Virus record (IMG/VR): IMGVR_UViG_3300025015_000021
Location: 29,902 to 93,901 of that record
Source of the DNA: a virus
Direction: 5' to 3' (one strand)
DNA: 64,000 nucleotides
Numbering within the stretch: position 1 is the first letter of the stretch; the number at the start of each line of letters is the position of its first letter. Positions 1 through 9,046 of the stretch are shown here, piece by piece. The notes under the pieces are model-generated. The model had not been told where the DNA came from and made no database searches. It was given only the letters and a program-made list of their open reading frames with translations. A program made the position numbers and the translations under genes.

Positions 1-278
1 ATCAGCCTTTCAGAAATGCCGATTTGAGCAGATTTTTGAAAAATTAGGTTCGGGTATTGGTCTTTGTAGATATCAACCAAATAGCGGTGTCTTTCAAAAT
101 CAAGGGATTCCCCTCGGGAGTTTATCCAGACGAGTTTAACCCATGTAAAATAATCATCAAGCTCCTCATCACCCAGATGCTGTTTTGCTTGTTGAAGAAG
201 CTGTTGTTCCAGATCTCCTAGCTCGTTCTCGTTTAAGCTCGGCAATGAATCTAAGAATTCCTGCGAAGTCTTGTCCAC
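1..278 (-). CDS. terL: Terminase large subunit, lambda GpA-type ATPase (5' part only; runs off the left edge)
   Basis: Not in the ORF track; hand-translated from GTG at 278: MDKTSQEFLDSLP...FERHRYLVDIYKDQYPNLIFQKSAQIGISERL. KSAQxGxSE is the GpA-family Walker A signature. Overlaps the end of the putative terS. Confidence 0.85.
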   Translation of the reverse strand, partial: MDKTSQEFLDSLPSLNENELGDLEQQLLQQAKQHLGDEELDDYFTWVKLVWINSRGESLDFERHRYLVDIYKDQYPNLIFQKSAQIGISERL

Positions 279-771
279 TTATTATTTTGTCAAACTTAGT
301 TTTAGGTAAATTAACATTAACCTGGGTTAAGTTTGGCTGACCTCCTTTCTCAGAAATCCCCAGGGCAGCTCTTTCTTCCTGCATTCCGGTAATAATCATC
401 TTTCTTGCATCTTCAGAATTTTTAGGTTCTAAGACTTCCAATGCATTAAAACCTTTCTGCTGCAAAATCCTTGCGTCTTCTGCCTGGCGTTTTCTTATTC
501 TGTGTATTTCATCGGGCTTCATTTCCTCAATCTCCCCGAAATCCTCCTGAATCACTCTATCTACCGCTTGCTTTTTCGCCTTCTGCCAGCCTTTCATTTT
601 AAAACGTGCATAGTCATTATTAAGAACTCCTTTATCTTCTCTAAAATCCGAAGCCTTCTCCCAAGGACCCTGCATAAACTCTATCTTTAAAGCACGCCAG
701 TCATTGTGTTTTGTTGTTTTTTTCTGTCCTGTTTTAAGCGGTAATACTATTTCAGGCTGTTGGTTTTCCAT
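169..771 (-). CDS. Probable terminase small subunit
   Basis: Directly upstream of and overlapping terL; N-terminal DW-containing helical segment, coiled-coil middle, QVNVN near the C-terminus. Likely start MENQQPE at 771 rather than 849. Confidence 0.65.
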   Translation of the reverse strand: MENQQPEIVLPLKTGQKKTTKHNDWRALKIEFMQGPWEKASDFREDKGVLNNDYARFKMKGWQKAKKQAVDRVIQEDFGEIEEMKPDEIHRIRKRQAEDARILQQKGFNALEVLEPKNSEDARKMIITGMQEERAALGISEKGGQPNLTQVNVNLPKTKFDKIISGQDFAGILRFIAELKRERARRSGTTASSTSKTASG

Positions 772-2293
772 CTTCTTGTCCTTCCATAGCCTTCTTGTCC
801 TCCGAAGCCTTGGCGAAGGATGATGGCGAAGGAGGAGCTTGCCCTTCATCCTTCTTAATTTTTTTCTTATCTAATTTCCTTTCCTCCTCTAAATTTTCAT
901 ATACTTTTGTAAAAAATTCATCCCATTTTTGTCCAATATTCGTCCAACTATATTGTTGTATCCACTCATGTGCCCTATCGACAATAGGCTTTACTTTTTC
1001 AGGATTATCATAAACCCAGAGAAGCTTTTTTACAGCATCATCCACATTAGTCAAAGGTCTTATTCTCTCATAGTCAGTCGGACCATAAGTCGCCCACTCC
1101 GAAGTAGTTGACAAAGCTTTAAAAGGTATCCCTCTTAATTCCTCTATTTCAATATCCTCAACTTCAATATCTTTACCTACAGAACTTGTACTGAGCAAAG
1201 CCGAAGTATTAAACAATTCGGGAATTGAAGTAATATTAGGAGCCAGGTTTAAGGTTCCAGCCGCCATAGCTTCAGTTATGCAGTTGCCATGGCCTTCGCC
1301 CAAAGTAGTCTGTATCTGAACATCCATAATATTATAAATTTTATTCAAGGCATCAGTCGGATAACCTACATTTTCATTGAAGTTCCCTGGAAATATCCAA
1401 TCTTTTCCAAGCTCAAGATTAAAGTTTCGGGCATACTCACCCAAAGAACCCCATACATCATTCTCTTTAGCATGAACATAAAGCATTGAGTCAGGCCGTC
1501 TCTTCTGAAATTCCTTAAAAATCTTCATAGCTCTTGGTAAGTCTTTTCTCATCTGATTTCTTGCAACAATACCTACTATATAAGTCCTATCCGTGTCAAT
1601 CTTGGCTTTTCTGAAGAATTTTTTCTTAAATTCTTTCTTTTCCTCCTCAGATATTGGGTGAAAGCTTTCCGTATCTGTTCCATGATAAATAACCGAAAGA
1701 TTAAGCTTCAGAGGTTTTTCCAATTTGTTATTGGTTTTTTCAATCTCACTTTTGCCATAGTTTGTGTAAGCCACCGAGTAATCGGGATGACCTATCGCAT
1801 GTGTTATCCAGTTTTCCTTAAGAGAAGAATCAACCGGCCAGTAACTCGCTGTGGTAAACCATGCTTCGGGTGCTAAATCTTTTCTATACAATAATTGTAA
1901 GTCTTTTAAGGCATCCATCATCCCTATCTCAGGGGTTAAAACAGGCTCTTCAAATATAAAAGGATCGTTTAAGGTAAATATAATATCCCAGGGCGGAGTA
2001 AGAAAGTTCCTATCAGCTCCTCTTATTATGTTAATAAATCTTATTCTACCGTAAAAGTCTCCCTGGATGCCTGGAATCATGGCAGGAAGTATGCGATAAG
2101 GGTATTTTTCAGGGTCAGGGTCGAGAAATCCCAAGTCATTCACTCCAAAGATATCAATCTCGTACTTCCCAGTCTTGGCAAGATAATCACACATTGAAAA
2201 AATTATTCTTCCAAAGCCAGTACTGCAACGGGGAGAATCCGAGTGAAAAAGTATTTTTATTTTTTTGGTACTTGATTTTTCTTCCTTGCTCAT
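752..2293 (-). CDS. Glycosyltransferase family 4 (GT-B fold)
   Basis: DSPRCSTGFGR N-terminal loop, YHGTD, VARNQMRKD, GEGHGNCITEAMAAG (E-x7-E), C-terminal YSW..IGQKW. Confidence 0.92.
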   Translation of the reverse strand: MSKEEKSSTKKIKILFHSDSPRCSTGFGRIIFSMCDYLAKTGKYEIDIFGVNDLGFLDPDPEKYPYRILPAMIPGIQGDFYGRIRFINIIRGADRNFLTPPWDIIFTLNDPFIFEEPVLTPEIGMMDALKDLQLLYRKDLAPEAWFTTASYWPVDSSLKENWITHAIGHPDYSVAYTNYGKSEIEKTNNKLEKPLKLNLSVIYHGTDTESFHPISEEEKKEFKKKFFRKAKIDTDRTYIVGIVARNQMRKDLPRAMKIFKEFQKRRPDSMLYVHAKENDVWGSLGEYARNFNLELGKDWIFPGNFNENVGYPTDALNKIYNIMDVQIQTTLGEGHGNCITEAMAAGTLNLAPNITSIPELFNTSALLSTSSVGKDIEVEDIEIEELRGIPFKALSTTSEWATYGPTDYERIRPLTNVDDAVKKLLWVYDNPEKVKPIVDRAHEWIQQYSWTNIGQKWDEFFTKVYENLEEERKLDKKKIKKDEGQAPPSPSSFAKASEDKKAMEGQEDGKPTA

Positions 2294-2309
2294 GTATACT
2301 ATCCTAAAG

Positions 2310-3251
2310 ATGCAACCTCATAAACTACAATGCTATTTCTGTAATTCTCTTTTTATCCCACATTATTCTTGGCATAAAAGATTTTGTTCCAAAAATTGTA
2401 GAGAAAAATATTGGGCTAAAAAGAAAAAAGAAAATCACTGGAAACCATTTCATGGTATTTTCAAAAAATGTGAGTATTGTAATACTAAATACAAACCAAT
2501 TAGAGATTCTCAAAAATATTGTTCTGTAAAATGTTCCAATAAAATGCATCCCCCTCCTCCCAATAGACTTATTCCAAAATATTGGACTAATAAAAAATGG
2601 CTTAAACAAAATTATTTCAAACCACAAATTTCTATTTCTCAACTGTCCAAACAAATTGGTTGTAGTCGCATTACTATAGCTAAATGGCTTAAAAGATTGG
2701 AACTGAAATCCCTTCCCAAATCCATTGTCCAAAAAGGAAACAAAAATCCCTTTTATAGAAAAAAACATTCTAAAAAAACTAAGAAAAAACTTAAAGGACC
2801 TCGACCACATACTGCTGGAGCCAATAACCATAGTTGGACGGGTGGAATGAATAAATGTATTGATTGTGAAAAACAACTTAATGGATATAAAGCTAAAAGA
2901 TGTGAAAAATGTTCGTTTGCATATTATATAGGCAAAAATAATCAAAATTGGAAAGGTGGAAAAGAACCTTATTATGGCCCCGATTGGCAATCTCATCAAA
3001 AACAAGCGAGGAAAAGAGATAACAATACCTGTCAAGATTGTGGACTTTATCAAATTAAACCCAGACTTCATGTTCATCACAAAATTCCTTTTAGATATTT
3101 TAGGCTTGAAAAACATCAAGAAGCCAATAATTTGGCTAATCTGATTACCGTATATGTTCCTTGTCATGGTAAAAGACATAAAATAATTAATTCATTTAAC
3201 TACCAATTTTTGACTGATTTTCCTGAATATCAAAATCTACCAAAATCATAA
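2310..3251 (+). CDS. HNH homing endonuclease with Zn-finger/NUMOD3-like DNA-binding repeats, inserted antisense into the glycosyltransferase cluster
   Basis: Repeated CxxC/YCS motifs, KKHSKKTKKK, NWKGG, RDNNTCQDCG..HVHHKIP..NLANL..CH. Own promoter TTGATT-17-TATACT at 2272-2300 favours a start at 2310. Confidence 0.85.
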   Translation: MQPHKLQCYFCNSLFIPHYSWHKRFCSKNCREKYWAKKKKENHWKPFHGIFKKCEYCNTKYKPIRDSQKYCSVKCSNKMHPPPPNRLIPKYWTNKKWLKQNYFKPQISISQLSKQIGCSRITIAKWLKRLELKSLPKSIVQKGNKNPFYRKKHSKKTKKKLKGPRPHTAGANNHSWTGGMNKCIDCEKQLNGYKAKRCEKCSFAYYIGKNNQNWKGGKEPYYGPDWQSHQKQARKRDNNTCQDCGLYQIKPRLHVHHKIPFRYFRLEKHQEANNLANLITVYVPCHGKRHKIINSFNYQFLTDFPEYQNLPKS

Positions 3252-3267
3252 TCTTTCTTCTCTTCTT

Positions 3268-3834
3268 TCATTTGCCTAAATTCAATTCCTCTTTTAGTTT
3301 AATTATTTCCCCATTCAATAAAACTCTAAAATACTCTATCACAAAATCTCTTGCTTGTTCATCCTTTTTAATATAAGCCAAAGTAACATGAGGCTTATAC
3401 TCGGTAAAAATATTTATGTGCGGCAAAAGCTCCAATCTTTGTTTTCCTTCTATAAGTTCATCCGTCATTTTAGCAAAAGCAACAATACAATAATAAGGTT
3501 CTTCTTTAATCGGAGATTCAAAAAAGCCAATATCCTCTACTTGAATTGAAGAAACTGCCCAACCCTTTAAAACCTGCCTAACATATTTTGCCCATTTAAC
3601 AGCACTTTTTAACAAACCATAAAGAATTGTAATATGACCAACCTTATTTACCACTAATCCGTCAATCCAAAAATGACTCTTGTCTCTGGCATAGTAAAGA
3701 TATTCTTCATTAACAGGAATATTTTCAAGCGGAACTATATCCAACATTACACAACCAAGTTTATTAATATCAATCTCTAGGTCTTTATAGATATTTTCAA
3801 ACATATGAGAATTAAATTGCTTATTTTCTTCCAT
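3268..3834 (-). CDS. 2H phosphoesterase, Acb1/T4 gp57B-like (candidate cyclic-nucleotide-degrading anti-defence enzyme)
   Basis: Two HxT motifs: GHITILYGL and YKPHVTLAY; about 190 aa; likely start MEENKQ at 3834. Confidence 0.75.
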   Translation of the reverse strand: MEENKQFNSHMFENIYKDLEIDINKLGCVMLDIVPLENIPVNEEYLYYARDKSHFWIDGLVVNKVGHITILYGLLKSAVKWAKYVRQVLKGWAVSSIQVEDIGFFESPIKEEPYYCIVAFAKMTDELIEGKQRLELLPHINIFTEYKPHVTLAYIKKDEQARDFVIEYFRVLLNGEIIKLKEELNLGK

Positions 3835-3835
3835 A

Positions 3836-4657
3836 TTACCAATCTTTAATTGATTTTTCAGGCTTATTGAAAGGTGTTTTATAAGCAAGTTCTAATACTT
3901 TTTCAGGAGGAACAAACATCTGCCCGTGAAAATCCAACCCCCACTTAGTTATCAAATAATTTCTATTATCCTCATAAGTTCTCTTATTCTGGTCATAAAG
4001 AATCTCATCAACCTTAATTGTCCGTGAGCCATAGTGATAAAACTTAGCCCATTCGGTTTTTCCTGCCTTATTTCCAGAAAGAAGAAGTCTTGTGTGAAAG
4101 TCTGAGTCTTCAAAATACCCAAGCTTCAAGTTCTCATCAATCCACCCCACAGTATCTATGGTTTTCTGGTTTACCATAAAGAAAGAAAAATGAGGATGTT
4201 CACTAAATACATCCTCAAGCGGAGCCTCTGTAAGCGTCTTCCGGTCAAGCCACTCGGAAGCACTCCAAAGAATAAATTCCTGATGTGCATTGGCAAATTT
4301 TACCAAATTATCAATGCATTCAGGATGAAGAATAAGATCATTATTTGCCACAATCACATAATCAGCCTTCTCAAACCCTGCACCGTTCTGGTGCGGGGTT
4401 AATCCTGTCTTAATTCCCAGATTCCAAGCGGCAGGAACCTGGTTCCCTTTCGGGTTATCAATTACTTTAAAACTTTTAACAGATTCATGAAGATTAAACT
4501 TATCCTGTGCGGGGTAAAATTCCGGTAGGGAATAATTATTTATTAATAAAATATGAAGGTCATGTTCTTCGGATTTTATAGATTCGAGAGTTTGCTTAGT
4601 AAAGTCAAAAAGCACATCCGATGAGTGATAAACAGGTAAGGTTAAAAAAATCCTCAT
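3836..4657 (-). CDS. Glycosyltransferase family 2
   Basis: LPVY, NNYS, AAWNLG, ANNDL, GYFEDSDF, HYGSRT motifs. Confidence 0.88.
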   Translation of the reverse strand: MRIFLTLPVYHSSDVLFDFTKQTLESIKSEEHDLHILLINNYSLPEFYPAQDKFNLHESVKSFKVIDNPKGNQVPAAWNLGIKTGLTPHQNGAGFEKADYVIVANNDLILHPECIDNLVKFANAHQEFILWSASEWLDRKTLTEAPLEDVFSEHPHFSFFMVNQKTIDTVGWIDENLKLGYFEDSDFHTRLLLSGNKAGKTEWAKFYHYGSRTIKVDEILYDQNKRTYEDNRNYLITKWGLDFHGQMFVPPEKVLELAYKTPFNKPEKSIKDW

Positions 4658-4719
4658 TTCGATTCCCTCAATATAAACATATAACTACCATAACATAAAT
4701 ATTTTCACAAAACAAGAAG

Positions 4720-5421
4720 TTAAATCAAAACCTGCTGTGCTAGTCGTTGCTCTGCTATTTTAATATAAGATTCATTCAGTTCTATCCCAATATAATTTCT
4801 CCCCAATTGTTTTGCTGCAACTGCTGTTGTTCCACTACCCATATAAGGATCCAAAACTAAATCTCCCACATCCGTTGTCGCCAAAATACATCTTATAGGT
4901 AATTCTTCTGGAAAAGGAGCTGGATGTTGATTTTCAGCTTTTTCTGGATTAATTCTCCATACTTCTCCCAAATTAAAATATTCTTTATTAAATTTCGGCT
5001 TATCCTTACATAACCAGAAAATATATTCCGTATTCTGCATAAAGGTAATCGGATTAACATTTGGTGAGCTAGGTCTTTCCCATATAATCAATTGTCTAAT
5101 ATATTCTTTTGGAACAAAGTCAGTAGGAAGCATAACCCTAGAATCTTTATAACGTGGCTTATGATTGTAAAAAATACTTCCATTCCTTTTCAAAACTCTT
5201 AATAACTCCTCAATTATTTGTTTTTGACATCTTTGATATTTATCTTCTGGAATATTATCATCAAATTCTCCATATCTAATATTCATATTTTTCCAAGTAC
5301 CATAACTTCTACCCCCCCCCTTATTGTATGGTGGACTAGTTACTACACAATCAACACAACCATCGGGTAAAGTTTTCAAAACTTCCAGACAATCTCCTTC
5401 TATTATAGTATTAAGTTTCAT
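4720..5421 (-). CDS. DNA N4-cytosine/N6-adenine methyltransferase (beta class)
   Basis: GDCLEVL, VVTSPPY, HPAPFPEEL, VLDPYMGSGTT, YIGIE; likely start MKLNTIIEGD at 5421. Confidence 0.93.
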   Translation of the reverse strand: MKLNTIIEGDCLEVLKTLPDGCVDCVVTSPPYNKGGGRSYGTWKNMNIRYGEFDDNIPEDKYQRCQKQIIEELLRVLKRNGSIFYNHKPRYKDSRVMLPTDFVPKEYIRQLIIWERPSSPNVNPITFMQNTEYIFWLCKDKPKFNKEYFNLGEVWRINPEKAENQHPAPFPEELPIRCILATTDVGDLVLDPYMGSGTTAVAAKQLGRNYIGIELNESYIKIAEQRLAQQVLI

Positions 5422-6286
5422 TTTCAATAAATTTCTTCCACCTTTTTCTTTTCTCCTTATACATCTTAAAATAACTATGAGTTTCATTTCCCTGCCAAAA
5501 TGTTTCATTCAGTTCTATCCCTTTAACTTCTCCCTGTAAATTTTTAAATACATTACTCAGTTTACTATGTTCCACTTTAGCATATCCGGTCACCACTGCC
5601 CAGCCTTTTTTATCAAATTCTCTTTTTGCACAAATTCCATTAAAAATATCATCATATCTTACAATTCCTTCCTCTTTAGGAGCAAAATACATATAAGGGA
5701 GGGCTTTTCTTTTAAAAGCAAGGTTCATTCCCGAAATAGGTGCATAAACTCCTTTAGGAATTGGCATTTTATAAAATTCCATAGCTGGATTTCCTCTTTC
5801 AAGCTGTGTTGGTGCTCCGTAATCATAAATTCCTTCCCAAACACCATGACTCAAAACTACTTCAGCCTCTGTTCTTACTCCATAAGGGAAACCTCGAGTG
5901 TATTCGGTTCCTACAGCCATCCAGCTAATAGGAACCCTCATATCTAAAGCCTTTAAATGATCTCCTATCGTATCTCCAATCGGGGTTACATCATCATCAA
6001 GCGTAATAATTGTATCTGTATTTGTCAAAAACTTAGCCACATAGGCAAATCCTAAATTACGGCAGGCAGAAGTATAATTGGAAATTAAATCGGCATCATC
6101 TCTCATAATGTCTTTTACCGAATAATGCTTCCCCATATGCTCAAGATGGGGATTTTCACCATCCCAAACTACAATAAGCTCTACATTATACTGTTCAAAT
6201 AAATCTGTCCAAGCCTTTTTAAAAAAATTATTGAATTGCTCTGGCCTGATGCTCGGTACCACTACACATATCCTACCCATATTCAT
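5411..6286 (-). CDS. Reversibly glycosylated polypeptide / UDP-arabinopyranose mutase-like protein (GT75/RGP family)
   Basis: SACRNLGF, TLDDD, TRGFPY, VVLSHGVW, GMNLAFKR, RYDDIF, HSKLSNVFKNL follow the conserved blocks of plant RGP/UAM proteins in order. Confidence 0.85.
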   Translation of the reverse strand: MNMGRICVVVPSIRPEQFNNFFKKAWTDLFEQYNVELIVVWDGENPHLEHMGKHYSVKDIMRDDADLISNYTSACRNLGFAYVAKFLTNTDTIITLDDDVTPIGDTIGDHLKALDMRVPISWMAVGTEYTRGFPYGVRTEAEVVLSHGVWEGIYDYGAPTQLERGNPAMEFYKMPIPKGVYAPISGMNLAFKRKALPYMYFAPKEEGIVRYDDIFNGICAKREFDKKGWAVVTGYAKVEHSKLSNVFKNLQGEVKGIELNETFWQGNETHSYFKMYKEKRKRWKKFIENET

Positions 6287-6453
6287 TTTACTCTCTTATT
6301 ATATTTAGAATATATCTTTATAATTGTTTCCAAACTATAACCCTTAAAGATTGTTCTCAATATTTCTTTTATCTGTGCAATAGAAATTTGTTTCTTTAAT
6401 CCTTCTTTCTTAGTAATTGCAACTGCTATTTTGTTCAAATTTAAAGTCGCCAT
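6283..6453 (-). CDS. Small basic hypothetical protein (56 aa)
   Basis: Hand-translated MATLNLNKIAVAITKKEGLKKQISIAQIKEIL...; GGAGGTGA SD upstream; fills the gap with an ATGA overlap. Confidence 0.65.
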   Translation of the reverse strand: MATLNLNKIAVAITKKEGLKKQISIAQIKEILRTIFKGYSLETIIKIYSKYNKRVK

Positions 6454-6454
6454 A

Positions 6455-7036
6455 TTATCTCACCTCCCCCTTCTTAAAAAATTCTTTTACTTTTCCAATT
6501 ACTTCCTTAGTTGCCTGTATATCACTTAAAGCATTATGTGCCTTATGAGAAATGCCAAAATGACTACAAACTGTTGATAATTTATAATTTGCCAAACTTA
6601 TCAAACCCTGCGAATCCATAAAATGTAAAATTGGCAAGGGGTCTATTTTTTTCCAATTCTGCCATGTCCCTAATCCAAACTTATCATTACATTTAAAAAA
6701 GAACTGCTGTAAAAAGTCCAAATCAAAACCCACATTGTATCCTGCCGGATAAAATTTATCATCAGGATCATACTTGTCTACATATTTTCCGAATAAATCA
6801 AGAACCCTTGAATAAATGTCTTTAGGCTCCGGAAAAACTTTAATGCCCTCAAGGGTAAACCCATTCAGGCTTAAAGCACTATCATCTATTTTTTCTAAAT
6901 TAAAAGGTCTGATTTTAAAATCAAAGGTTTCTTTAATTTTTCCACCAATTTCTATTATTCCGGCAAACTGGATAACATCATTTTCCCTAACATCTGTTCC
7001 TGTTGTCTCGGTATCAAGATATAATATTTTTTTCAT
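6455..7036 (-). CDS. DEDDh 3'-5' exonuclease (DnaQ/epsilon-like)
   Basis: DTETTG, GYNVGFD, HNALSDIQAT. Confidence 0.92.
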   Translation of the reverse strand: MKKILYLDTETTGTDVRENDVIQFAGIIEIGGKIKETFDFKIRPFNLEKIDDSALSLNGFTLEGIKVFPEPKDIYSRVLDLFGKYVDKYDPDDKFYPAGYNVGFDLDFLQQFFFKCNDKFGLGTWQNWKKIDPLPILHFMDSQGLISLANYKLSTVCSHFGISHKAHNALSDIQATKEVIGKVKEFFKKGEVR

Positions 7037-7707
7037 TCAAATAAAATTTCTGGCCTCCTCGCCTGTATCTCCATCATCTCATGATAATCCGCCGCATTGA
7101 GTCCTCTATGGTTTTTAAGCCCGCAATGGACAATTACAGGCGGGTCGATAGATGCCACAAGTTTTCCCTGTGCTTTAATCATATCGCAAATTAAAGTATC
7201 CTCCCCTCCATCTTCAGTCCTTTCCGAAACCTCATATCCTTTTATTGCCCGATAATCCTTCTGCCGCAGAAGTAAAGAATATCCCGCCTGCTGTTCACAA
7301 ATCAATATCTGACCTTCTCCATTTAAAGGGCAGGTTGAAAAAATCTGATGGTGAGGATGATGTCTTCCTCCTACAACTCCTATATCTGGGAATTTCTGAA
7401 GAATGGAGATTAATTTACTATCCCAATGAGGCTCAAAATATACATCGTCATCGGAAAAATAAACATACTGCTTTCGGGAGCAAAGCTCATATCCTTTTTT
7501 CTTTACCTCGGCAATAGTCACTCTATCCTCAAACCGAAAACTCTTAATGTCTTTCTGTGTAAGAAGAAAATCCCATGTCTTAGATCCTGATGCATCATCA
7601 ATCACTACAATTTCCAAAGGATTGTCGGAGTTCTTCCTCAAACTCTCCAAAGTCTGCTTCAAAAGTTTAACCCTGTTTCTGGTAGAAATTATAACTGGTA
7701 AAATCAT
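7033..7707 (-). CDS. Glycosyltransferase family 2
   Basis: STRNR, VIDDAS, FSDDD, GGED, VIVHCG. Confidence 0.88.
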   Translation of the reverse strand: MILPVIISTRNRVKLLKQTLESLRKNSDNPLEIVVIDDASGSKTWDFLLTQKDIKSFRFEDRVTIAEVKKKGYELCSRKQYVYFSDDDVYFEPHWDSKLISILQKFPDIGVVGGRHHPHHQIFSTCPLNGEGQILICEQQAGYSLLLRQKDYRAIKGYEVSERTEDGGEDTLICDMIKAQGKLVASIDPPVIVHCGLKNHRGLNAADYHEMMEIQARRPEILFE

Positions 7708-7722
7708 GCTGAAAGCACCCTT

Positions 7723-7947
7723 TCAGGGTTTTTCTCCCTTTTTAAGCCATTTTTCTATCCAATCCCTAAGTTTTGCCTGGTTTTCCATATCAAGCCCCCA
7801 CATGTATTCAATCTCCTGAGACTGGCAAAATCTCTGAAACTTTTCCAAGATATATTTTGGGGATTTATCCATAATCCCCTTTCCATTTTCCATAAGTATG
7901 GCAAAAGCCACAATATTTAATAGTTCAACTTCAGTCTGCTTATCCAT
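7723..7947 (-). CDS. Hypothetical protein
   Basis: ORF in the tightly packed minus-strand operon. Confidence 0.55.
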   Translation of the reverse strand: MDKQTEVELLNIVAFAILMENGKGIMDKSPKYILEKFQRFCQSQEIEYMWGLDMENQAKLRDWIEKWLKKGEKP

Positions 7948-7971
7948 ACTTCGACTCCGCTCAGTATAAAT

Positions 7972-8472
7972 TCATTTAACACACTCAAAAGAAAGTGTCT
8001 TCTGGTTGTGTGTTTCCATTTCCTCAAACTTCTCTACCTTAAATCCCGCTTCCCTAAGATAGTCAATCATAATCTGTCTGCTAAATCCAGTCTTATGAAA
8101 TTCTCCTTCCCTTGATTGGTTACCAAACAATACATCCATGTCCCAGCCTGTCGTCTGATGATTAATCCACCACTGGCAGCACCATTCCAAGTCTGGCACT
8201 CTAACTATTAGTTTACCTTCAGGTTTTAAAACTCTATACCATTCCTTAAGAGTCGGAACAACTTCAAACTTGCTAAGATGTTCCAATAAATGAGAATTGA
8301 AAATCTCATCAACCTCTCCGTCTTTATAGGGAAGGTCGTGTGCAAAAGCCTTAAGGTCGGCTTCCTCAACGTAAGGGTCAACTCTTATCCAGCTTGCCTC
8401 GCCACTAGGCGGGTCACCCTCCGGTTCATACCACGACTCTTTAATCCCACAACCGATATCTAAACGAATCAC
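7972..8472 (-). CDS. Class I SAM-dependent methyltransferase (type commonly found in glycan loci)
   Basis: LDIGCG, SHLLEHL, EWYRVLKPEGKL, VPDL, HKTGF. Confidence 0.88.
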   Translation of the reverse strand: MIRLDIGCGIKESWYEPEGDPPSGEASWIRVDPYVEEADLKAFAHDLPYKDGEVDEIFNSHLLEHLSKFEVVPTLKEWYRVLKPEGKLIVRVPDLEWCCQWWINHQTTGWDMDVLFGNQSREGEFHKTGFSRQIMIDYLREAGFKVEKFEEMETHNQKTLSFECVK

Positions 8473-9020
8473 CTCTTAATCCCCCAGAAATAAATATCTC
8501 TTAAATCAGATGGGGGCTGGTAACTTATTTCATATTTCTCAAATATCTCATCAGGCTTAAGAAATTCCTTAAGTTCCCCGATTGTAAACCTTTTATAAAA
8601 ATTCGCCCACTCTTCATCACCAAAATTAACAGTTAAGGAATCCTCTGGATTTTTGGTTTTAGTTCCGTGTTCTGGCCTATCATGAGTAGTCTGGAAAAAC
8701 ATCAGTCCTCCATGCCTCACAAGATTTATCATCTTTTCAAGGGTTTTTTCCCAATAGATGTCATGCTCAAGCTGATTAGTGGATAGGACTACATCAAAAG
8801 AGCCATCAGGCTCGTTATATCTATGAGCAATCGAAACTACATCTACATCCTTATATTCGGCTATGTCTAAACCAATGTATTGACAATCTTCAAACCAAGG
8901 CTTATTTGATCCATTAATATTCGCAGATCCTACATCAAGTACTTTTACATTATTAAAAAACTGAGGAAATCTTTTCTTCAGTTCTGTTTTCCAACTATCC
9001 TGTTCTAAATCGGCAGCCAT
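8469..9020 (-). CDS. Class I SAM-dependent methyltransferase
   Basis: VLDVGSANING, YIGLD, SFDVVLST..LEHD. Confidence 0.85.
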   Translation of the reverse strand: MAADLEQDSWKTELKKRFPQFFNNVKVLDVGSANINGSNKPWFEDCQYIGLDIAEYKDVDVVSIAHRYNEPDGSFDVVLSTNQLEHDIYWEKTLEKMINLVRHGGLMFFQTTHDRPEHGTKTKNPEDSLTVNFGDEEWANFYKRFTIGELKEFLKPDEIFEKYEISYQPPSDLRDIYFWGIKR

Positions 9021-9046
9021 AGTTCGATTTCACTCACTACAAGTAA

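Noticed and set aside
2325-3179. 284-aa Phe/Ile-rich minus-strand ORF
   Set aside because: Shadow of the Lys-rich HNH gene on the plus strand.
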